This document shows, piece by piece, positions 54,010-64,000 of a stretch of 64,000 bases of DNA. The translations under genes and the position numbers were made by a program. Positions within the stretch are counted from its first letter, which is position 1; the number at the start of each line of letters is the position of its first letter. Under the pieces are notes generated by a model. The model was not told where the DNA came from. It made no database searches and was given only the letters and a program-made list of their open reading frames with translations. The DNA comes from Tubiluchus corallicola (Eukaryota; Animalia; Priapulida), in assembly GCA_030141605.1 (NCBI GenBank), contig JAQGDQ010000921.1, positions 16,299 through 80,298 of the forward strand. The letters run 5' to 3'.

Positions 54010-57000
54010 GCTTATTCCGGCAGTCACTCATCCATTTAATGACAAGGGTTAGCATAACTTAACTTTACGATCAAATGCGGCCCTTTAGTTCTACATCTTA
54101 CCTAGTTCAGCTACCCATTGTAAGTTAATATAATCTTGTAAGCTTTTCCTTCAATCAATATATGTTATTTAACATCATTTAATTATCCGTTTAAATTAAC
54201 ATAACAAAAGCTGTCTTTTACTTTGAATGTGCTTAACTCCTGCTTTAAATGGAAGAAATACTGAAATAAGTGTTAAGTTTAAGCCACCATTTAAAATAAG
54301 ATGATACTGTTCTCAAGTCACTGTTCACAATCAGTAATGAAAAGTATTGTCATAATTTGTAATGCGTTTCTGCAAACTCAGTCAGTTTTGTTTGCGTATG
54401 TCATTGAAATGAGAAATAGAACACTCCAGACACATTGATGAAACACTGTAGTCATTATTCAAATATAAGAGAAAATAATGTGCGATTTCTCTCTTGGGGA
54501 ATAACTGCAAATATAATAATGATTAAGTTTAAAAATTTGTTTACTACTAGATTTGAACCAGTGTCTTTTCAAATCTGTGGTGGTAAAATTGACTGAATTT
54601 TATCAAAGTGGGAGAGCGAAAGTAGGAAAGCTCGCTACATAAATTGGAGGTACATTGCCTATGTAAAAGAAGTAAGTTTGTTAACAGTATTATTACAATG
54701 ATTTCTTGTTTTCCCAAGCAGGTCTGATTGCAACGTGAACGGCATTGTAGTACTGAGAAAATATAAAGAAAAACAAGAACAAATGAATGACAATAAAAAG
54801 GCCTGATGTTCCAACAAGAAACAACAAGAAATTCTGAAGACTGAACAAGAATAAATAAATGAAATAAATAAATTTACATTTAACAAATATCACGGGTCTC
54901 TCCAAAGTCAAATGAAGCCATTTATAACAAAAAAGTGACTAGAAAAACGAGAGATGATTAAAGTTAAGTATACTAGGCAAAAACTTAAACAACTTAAAAT
55001 GTTTTTAAATTTATAGTCCTTCGGTGTTATGAATTTTTATAAATGAATTGTATACTGTAAAAACCACGAATAAACTAAATACCTCATTAGACGGTAAGCA
55101 AAAACGCCTTAAGGCAAAAGTTGAGAACAACTGTTGCAAGTTTACAGTGCCACAACCATACTTTGCATAGTTCTCATTGGCTACAAATGAGTTGTGGGTG
55201 CACTTTTAAAATGATAGTTTTTACATACATGAATAGGCTCGAACATACTTGCCTGATGATTTAGATTTTATGACTTATGTACACAAGTCAGCAAAGCAAA
55301 TGAACAAAAGCTTCTAGTACTTTTAATGAAAAGAAAATATTTGCTATTGTCTTACCTATTCTAACGACAAAACACAACCATAATTGCATAATACAGTATG
55401 ATGCATTGGACGACTTGCTGTGCTGGTCGGTGTAACAGTAAGCTAACTCTAGATTCCATATTCATAATACACAAAGGCCTATAAGTCCCGTGCTGTTCAG
55501 GTTTACTCATAAATGGTTTTTATTATTTATATTTATAGTAGCTTCTCGGAGATTTGCTGACTCATGTGTCACTCTTCAAGAGTGACAGTCCAGAGTGAGA
55601 GTCAACGAGCAAAATGGTATTCCTTGTTAGAAATCAATGGCAAGTTAAAAAAGGAAAATTATGACCTTGAGACAAAAAGTTAACGCTATTTCAAACTGAA
55701 ATAAAAGAAAAACATTAAGAAAGTATAACATAGCCAAGCCATGACACTGTACATATCTAGGAATCATATAAGATCTACAAAACAGCCACCACTTATATAT
55801 TTAAGTATTAGTTAGCAAAATTGGTTTCGCTTTAAAATATTTTAAATTTGATAATTGATAATTGAGATAAAGGGATAATGATCATCATGTGGTCTTCAAT
55901 AGACAACATTCCAAAATTTACCCACAGTGTGATTCATGTTGATGTAGTGGGATAATAATCAAGCATATTCAAATAGGTTGAATACTTTGATCATTTTATG
56001 CAGGACCTTTCCAACAACAACCAAAAAACTCTAAAAGTATAGATAGAAACCTGAAAAAAGCCATTTTAAACGAAGTTAGCACATTTTATCCATTTTTGAA
56101 ATGTTTTCTACGCACAAAAGAATTTCTTCACTCACCATTTGAACAAAAACTTGCTCTTAAGAACTTTCTAATATTTCATGCCGCCACAAATTAGTTTACA
56201 CCAGATTTTGTGGCGCCAAACTTTATTGACACATGCTATGAGCAAAATCATCTCTCCTTGCATGCATCCCCACCAGTGTCACACTGCATTTCTCTCAAAA
56301 TCATGTTGTTCCAGAAAGTCTTTTCACCTCCAATCTAATCACCTCTCCTGGTTATTTGTCGTGCAAAACTTGTATCGTTCCTTAATTTCTTCACATTACG
56401 GAAAATATTTGTAAGATTGAAAAACACGTCGCGCCAACGCTTTTTTCTGACCGTAAATGTTTCGGGTCAAAAATGCAACGACTTTTTTCAACATTTTTGG
56501 GAAGTGTTAACCGCGCATTCCGGTAAATGTTTCCGAAATATCTTTATATTTTTTTGTATCCAAGACATCTGGTATTTTGTTGTTCGTGAGCGCAATACTA
56601 TAACCTGAAACGGAAATAAAAATTGGTTTTCCAACTTTGCCGCTAGATGGAGGAACTACTTATTTCTTGCTAATGGCTGCTATTTGCTGATCATTGAATC
56701 CAAGACTTCAAAGTATCTGCATCAGAGTGAATATTGCTATTTTTGAAAGCATTTTGACAGACCAATTCGCACACATAATATTTTGCTAAATCGTACGACC
56801 ATGGAATTGTGAGGGATTTCTTGTTCTCTCTTAATTTGCTTATGTACATTTCTTCATAAGTATAACATTGAACACGCACTCGCACAGTTCCTGATATTAT
56901 CTGCCGAAAGACCAGGGCCCTCATTCATGTACTGCGCTTGCAACAGTTATCTCTTTGCTCACACCCCAGATTCATGTATTAACTCGCAACAGTTTCGTTG

Positions 57001-57156
57001 TCTAAAGTGTGGTGTAGGTGCCCAGAAATATTTGCATGGAATTCATATTGACGTCTGATCTCCTTAGTGGCACCCTAGTCGGGACTACCTTCCAAGCGAC
57101 TAGGAAAATTAGACGGAATTCAAGTAGACGTCTCAAGTTGCATTTAGTAGCACCCT

Positions 57157-58575
57157 ACTTTATTTATTTATTTATTAAATACGTTCACAACAATCATTAC
57201 AGCATTGCACTTCCAAAGAATCTAATAACACATTTATCATGTACACAAGATGCCAAGCTGCCAATGGCCCGTGGGGTACTCTAGAAGTAATTACTTGTTG
57301 AGAGTACCCCAAATGAATATGGACACTGAAAAGTTGAAGAGAGCAGTGAAGGAGTAGAAGGGAAAAGTTGAATGAGAATAGAAAGAAAGAGAAGAGAAAG
57401 ATGTGATTGTAACTGGATGAAGCTACACTAAATACAGGGATGTAGAAACTGATATAGCCAGCAATGTGATGGATTCCCACAGAGACAGCAGCATGATTAG
57501 TCAAATTGACTTATTCCATATAATTGGAGAAGATTACATATGTAAAATTTCTTTTGAAATTATTTATATATAAGGAATAACATTTATGTATTCACAGATG
57601 TTATTCCAGATTCTGGGAGAGTGTTAGTGGTGAAGTGCCTTGCCGCATGTACATCAGTCATGTAATACGATTTTGTTGAGTAACGTCTTACATTAATAGA
57701 TATAAAGTGTGATAAGATGTTCGTTGGTAAAACAATGCATAACTCGACTAATTAACTGTTTGTTTTAGTAGTTTTTGAATGAAACATATTTAGGTGTGCT
57801 TTTGAAATCACAATGTTGATGTAAGAACTTTATTTCATTTAGTTGTTCTACAGCATCATAACTAATTTTTATAATACCATTAATATTTATGGGTTGTTTT
57901 TATGAGTTCTGAATAAAATGTATTTAGTTTCAGTTGAATTTAATGCTTATTTATTGATTTTAAACCGGGCTGTAATTTTACTGAGTTCATTATTAATGAT
58001 ATTAGTGTCCAGCAGCTTACTGTTTGTTGTGGAGATCCATTAGAATTGAATAGAAAGTTGTAGAATGTTCTAAAGAATAGTAGAACAATCTTATCTTGCG
58101 CAGCGAATGTTTATTGTAATGATAGAAGCAATCGTAGATTCTAGAACTTTCTATACGCAATACGCGTAATAGTTTCTATATTGTTCTGGTGTTGTCCATT
58201 TGCATTGACATATGAGGTAGAGCTGGCCACTCATTATTATTCTCAGATTCTCGTGTTCCTGCTTCCACATTATCGTATGCAATTTTCCTATCAATTTGAC
58301 TGTACATACTTTGAGTTCCTTTATACTTTGGGCTGTAGAATTCTCACACAATAAACATGTTTGATTTGACGACGTGTTTTCTTGTTTTCTCTACGAGCCG
58401 TCCGAGAAAAAGAAACACAACACTGTTGTTCTTGAAGAAAATACTCGTATCATCGGCAAATAGGAAGACTTTTCCGTTGTCAGTAATCCATTTTTGTAGG
58501 CTGTTGGAATATGTTAAAAACAGCAGAGGCCCCAAAATAGATCCCTGTGGTACTCCAACTTAGCGTGCATTTGGC
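57157..58575 (-). mobile_element. 5'-truncated CR1/L2-group LINE, degenerate
   Basis: [16 protein letters not shown]...VFLFADDT on the minus strand (58440-58560); (TAAA)n tail at ~57157-57178. Confidence 0.75.
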
Positions 58576-58654
58576 AATTTAAGACGCGATTCACTAAACA
58601 TAATTTCATCGTTCCTGCAACCTCCGGAGTTGTCATAACTGGATAAATACTAAT

Positions 58655-59075
58655 GTTATTAAACATTTCACTGCCGTGCAATTTGTATTCCAGTTGGCAG
58701 GCAAGAATATTTAGGTAAAATAAAAAAGTTGCTACTGCTATAGACACTGCAATGTTATTATAGTATGGTTGTTACTACATTACCGCCACTTCTATTATTA
58801 CAATTGACATTGCTGCCATCATAGCTGTTGTGACAATTCACCCCCCCCCCCAACACCACCACCATCGATGCCGCTGCCACCGTTGCCGCTGCTGCCACCA
58901 TTCCACTGCCACCTGCGTCTGCTAATACTGGTGTCATTGTTGCTACCGTCACTCGTCGATGTATTAGCAAACTTGTGAGAATGAAGAAGAATGTTGAGAA
59001 GTAAGAGGAAGGGAAGCAGAAAAGAAAAGAAAAGTAGAAGAAAATAAAAGTTTCTGATACGCAAAATATTGTTGT
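58655..59075 (-). repeat. Inverted copy of the 10635-11040 repeat
   Basis: Colinear reverse complement, also visible as similar ORF translations. Confidence 0.85.
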
Positions 59076-60390
59076 GTTCTTACAAAATAATTTTTTTATG
59101 ATTTACATTCATAAAAATACTGTCACTATAATTATTTCTAAAAGTATTTGTGCAATGTTATTGTCGCCAACATCATCATCTCAACACTTAAATACACTCT
59201 ACATTTCAGGAACCAGGAAATGGTTTATCGATAGTTTGCTGGTTCTTTACGATGACGGCACTGACGATTAGTGATAGTGATAATGAAAACAATAGTTATT
59301 ATTGTCAATATCGTTTTATTTCAGTCCAAATTGCCATAGAAGAGCAAACTTTACTACATGATATAATTTAAAACTATTGACAATAAGAAATAAAAGTGTG
59401 CAAATCAATAAATTTTTGGACTAATATCCTCCCCCTCTCTGTGTTTCTAAGTGCAACTAAAAAAAGCGTAGACAATTTGCTGTAAAATGTCATAATTTCT
59501 CCGTAAGTTATGCCCAAAAGGCAGAAAACGATAAGTAGAGTACAAAGGAAGGTCAAAGATAGGGCAAACTGTATGTTTTTTATTCAGCGTGACAAGACAA
59601 ATAATTTGGTATGCATTTCAATAGGGTTGTTGTGTTTTTGAAGTTCGGCCCCCCTTTGGAGCCATTTCAAATATTGCTGACATTTTGGAGAGGGTGGCCC
59701 AAACTAAATTCTTTTAGTGTCCCTCAAGCGATCTAAAACAGCTTTCAAATCTTTGTTCTAGTGAAAGTATTACGGACATTGTTCCTTTACAGTATCCCAT
59801 AGTAACAAGAATAATAACAAATTGGTATATCAAAAACACAAGTAAATAACCTTTTCGTATTATCCAGGTAAAATTAAAGCATTGATTTCTGTTTCGTGGG
59901 TTACATACATTTCTCCGGTCGATTTGCTAAGTTTTTCAATTTGTTAATAACTAGCTTGATAAACTTCAGGGCATTAAATAATCTGACGGAAATATGCAGC
60001 GTGGTTTTGAGAATGTCGTGATACTTATGGGACCGGATTCACTAAAGTTCTTAGGAAAGATTTTCTACGGAAGTTTGTGCATACAAACTTTTTGGCGCTC
60101 CACACTAAGCCTCTTCTTAAATTCCTCCGTAAAATATCTTAAATTTATTCGTAATATATGCAAGGATTGGGGTTTGCGTAAGCGTAATTTAACAGAGTTT
60201 GAGTGATTATGACTGGTGTTTTCGCAGAAGAGGAAAAGATTGATACTAAATATTTGATGCACAGAGAACATATTTTTCACAATAGAGGAAAACCCAGCTA
60301 CAGACAGCCCGTCACAGGAAATGCTAAAGGGAACTTTTTGATAGTGGTGATAGCGATTTTTTCAAAACAACCGAGATGGTCATGACATGG

Positions 60391-60587
60391 AAAAACATTT
60401 CATATTCTCTCAGGACAAAGGGTCAAAGAATGGTTTCAGAAAGCATTTCATATACTCTCAGGACAAAGGGTCAACGAATGGTTTCAGAAAGCATTTCATA
60501 TACTCTCAGGACAAAGGGTCAAAGAATGGTTTCAGAAAGCATTTCATATACTCTCAGGACAAAGGGTCAAAGAATGGTTTCAGAAAT
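60391..60587. repeat. 48-bp tandem repeat, ~4 copies
   Basis: Unit AGCATTTCATATACTCTCAGGACAAAGGGTCAAAGAATGGTTTCAGAA. Confidence 0.95.
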
Positions 60588-62269
60588 ATTCTTATGTATG
60601 TAAACAACTCGTGATATGACGAAACCCGGTTTGTAAAGACCTGATAACGAGAGTACCGGTTCATAGCATGGTTCACCTCATGACAAGTGCAATGAGAACC
60701 CGGAAGTGAGTGTCGTGAGTGACCGGAAGTGATGCATAATAGCAATTTCTCTACCACTGATGGTTCTTGAAATATGAGTAGAACTGTTCATGGGCTATAA
60801 TCCCCAATTCCTTACATTTGCAATTTACAAGAAATAATAAGATTAGAAGGACAATTTACTTGTATAATAAAAACCTATTATAAGGCTAGATGTACATTGC
60901 CTCTCTAGATGTACATTACAAGAGGCAACATTTAAAATAAATATAGAGATATTTTAATTTTACGTTTTTTGTTAATTTTTATTAATCGAAAGAATCAGAC
61001 TAAAAAGTTTAGAATTGTTTCGCTTTGTCAGAAATCAGCTTCCTACTCCCTTCCTTCCTGCTAGCTTTCTAGTTTTATTATAGAAACCGAACAACATCAA
61101 AATAACATATGTGCCATTTTTTCTACTTTTCCAGTTGCGCCATTTTTAACAGTGACATTTTTACCGTGCAACTCTCTCATCACCAGAACTTTTATATCAC
61201 TATGGCCTGTGTTAAAAACTGAAAACTGTAGTAAAAGTTATTCTTACAGTCACTAAAATTGAGAAAAATAGAATTAAAAGATTTTACTCATCAGCTAACG
61301 TATTTTTTCGAATAAATGTGGTTTATCATTCATTTCAGTTCGGTTTTTTATTTGCTGTGTAATTTCATTCTTATATTGAGGGTCCTGAACGTGGAGTACT
61401 CAGACACTCCAGGATCTAATTCCGGCCATTTACCACTCAAAAGTAACTTCCCCGTTTTGCGATTTTTTACAATTCCGTATTTTCTTACACGTGGCTTTTA
61501 TTTTCGCAGTCTGAAGACAACGGAGTATTTGATATGTCGATGGTTGTGTCACCTAACCTAACTAAGAATTTACATTTTGATAGAAACTACTTCTCAGCCA
61601 CTCATCCTCTGACTGTCCAAACCCGATGTTGCTTAACCTCAGAGTTAAGCAGACAAAATAACAACTCAACTATTCCCAATAAACAATAAATTGCGAAAAA
61701 TTGCCCAAAATAGCTGATGTAATATTGTCCCTATTTAACAACCGGCCTCATAAATTCTAGTATAGTAACTATTATATAAATGCTCTATACACTTTTTTAA
61801 CTTTACCATCCAAAAAGAGACAATGATTTCAAGGTAAGTAATTGCCCGCAATCCCATAAGCCAATGTTCAGCCTCGCTTTGAGATTACAGAAAGCTTTTA
61901 ATAACGCGTTTTAGGCTTTTGCAGCAGAATGGCAATTATTGTTTTTCTATTATCAGTTATTATTATATCAATTATCGTTACTTGGTATAAGTTACTTCGT
62001 ACTTGTAGGGCCACGTGTCAGTGTCCGATATCTGCTGTTATACCTTCAACAGGTAAATCAAATGATAAAAAAATAGACAAGATTCTTTGAAGAGTTTAGT
62101 GCATTATAGTTTCTTTGCAAATTCCGCTACGTTGCTCTTCACCTGTATGTCTTTGCCTTTATTCCTAAAAAGTACTTATTTGTTTACATTACATTTTATA
62201 GTCTGTAAGATATAACAAATTCTTCGTTGCTCGTACAAAAGTAATATTGCTTTCCTGCGAATGATTGGA

Positions 62270-62990
62270 AAACAAGAAAAAAGCTTTTCGGGTTTTAAAA
62301 GTTTGTTAAAAGATCTTGGCAGATCAGACTCAGGTTTTGTTCGCCAATGGGTCAACAAGAATGTTAATCCTCTTAACTACATCATCACAAATGTTAATCC
62401 TCTCGACTATACACCAACAAAGATGTTTATCCCGCATAAAGCTGCTTAGGCGCATGTCTTCAGTTATGAACAGCAGCAGCATTTCTTTCTCAAGGCTGAC
62501 GTGAACTCCAGGAAAAACTTTCAGATTCTAAAGGCTTTATTCTCAGATAACATCTCTCTGTTCAGCTCAGGTACAATTTACTTAATGGCAGATCAATTTC
62601 AGACAAAGCTCGTTCAACAAAAATGTTAATCCCCTTGACTATGCATCAACAAAGATGTTTATACCGCATAAAGCTGCCTAATGCTTATCTCTAGAATGAC
62701 TGACGTTAATTTTAAACATAGGCGCTTAGCCAGCCACACGGAAATTATCCTAATGTGTTTTTTCAATGCCCTATACACCAGAAAGAAACTAGTTTTAAGC
62801 TCATTATCTTCTCAAGAGAACACTGATTTTTATCCTGTAATACGCGGCTAGTCAGTCTACTGGAAATTATCCCTGGATTTTAAACAGACAATGCGGCACG
62901 CATAAAGAAAACAAGTTGAGCAGAAGATAAAGCTGATTAGAAACGAACACGAATTTCTAAAATAAACCTCCTCTTAGCTGCTGAAAATTG
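62270..62990 (+). repeat. Cluster of two C-type modules plus a partial module
   Basis: 62510-62760 matches 30500-30740; AATGTTAATCC x3; AAAGCTGATTA at ~62929. Confidence 0.8.
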
Positions 62991-63252
62991 CTTTCTGTAC
63001 GTTAAGTGCTTTCAATACATCATTCCATATCTGCCAAGAATAGAAAAAAACGGAACTAAACAAATGTGTTGCTTAAGGCAAATATGTCATAACAACAAAC
63101 AAACAAACAAACGAACTACAATGTTTACCATATTGTTGTATTTCGACATTCAAAGATTTTCTGTCACAAAAAGTTTAATCTGTCAGAAAAGCAGAAACAA
63201 ATTAGCAAACAGCAGGCAAATAACGTCTATTTTTAAGGGCCTACAGACTTGT

Positions 63253-64000
63253 CTGTCGTAATTTGCACATCTATTGTTGTAGGTCTAGTGAAGTATAATT
63301 TACCTGTCGTAATTTGCACATCTATTGTTGTAGGTCTAGTGAAGTATAATTTACCTGTCGTAATTTGCACATCTATTGTTGTAGGCCTAGTGACTTATAA
63401 TTTACCTGTCGTAATTTGCACATCTATTGTTGTAGGTCTAGTGAAGTATAATTTACCTGTCGTAATTTGCACATCTATTGTTGTAGGCCTAGTGACTTAT
63501 AATTTACCTGTCGTAATTTGCACATCTATTGTTGTAGGTCTAGTGAAGTATAATTTACCTGTCGTAATTTGCACATCTATTGTTGTAGGTCTAGTGAAGT
63601 ATAATTTACCTGTCGTAATTTGCACATCTATTATTGTAGGCCTAGTAACTTATAATTTACCTGTCGTAACTTGCACATCTATTATTGTAGGCCTAGTAAC
63701 TTATAATTTACCTGTCGTAATTTGCACATCTATTGTTGTAGGCCTAGTGACTTATAATTTATCTTTCACAATTTGCACATCTATTGTTGTAGGCCTAGTG
63801 ACTTATAATTTACCTATCGTAATTTGCACATCTATTGTTGTAGGCCTAGTGACTTATAATTTACCTGTCGTAATTTGCACATCTATTGTTGTAGGCCTAG
63901 TGACTTATAATTTACCTGTCGTAATTTGCACATCTATTGTTGTAGGCCTAGTGACTTATAATTTACCTGTCGTAATTTGCACATCTATTGTTGTAGGCCT
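63253..64000. repeat. 51-bp minisatellite, >14 copies, runs off the window end
   Basis: Unit CTGTCGTAATTTGCACATCTATTGTTGTAGG(T/C)CTAGTGA(AG/CT)TATAATTTAC. Confidence 0.97.

Noticed and set aside
55860-56410. Possible decayed coding sequence on the minus strand
   Set aside because: Multiple stops and no motif I can assign.

Overview
AT-rich, repeat-dense animal (invertebrate-like) genomic DNA with no intact host gene recognisable. Contents: a decayed Academ-type transposase; LINE fragments (RTE, CR1/L2-like, and one with a CCHC tail); two TTAA-flanked Kolobok-like MITE families (6 + 3 copies); a Gypsy 5' LTR-PBS-gag capped by an inverted copy of its own LTR, followed by a truncated BEL/Pao element with a PHD finger and apparently no capsid domain; a carbohydrate-sulfotransferase pseudogene broken by a minisatellite and an RTE insertion with a target-site duplication; eight unrelated minisatellite arrays; and many microsatellites. 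Two patterns stand out. (1) About 10-12 paralogous ~200-bp non-coding modules lie in five same-orientation clusters (23-63 kb) and keep K50-homeodomain (TAATCC, TAAGCNGATTA), TALE (TGACAG), Fox-like and GATA-like motifs, like an amplified enhancer battery. (2) Three unrelated minisatellites share a ~188-192-bp higher-order period. All family assignments are by eye from remembered motifs, not database searches, and most boundaries are approximate.
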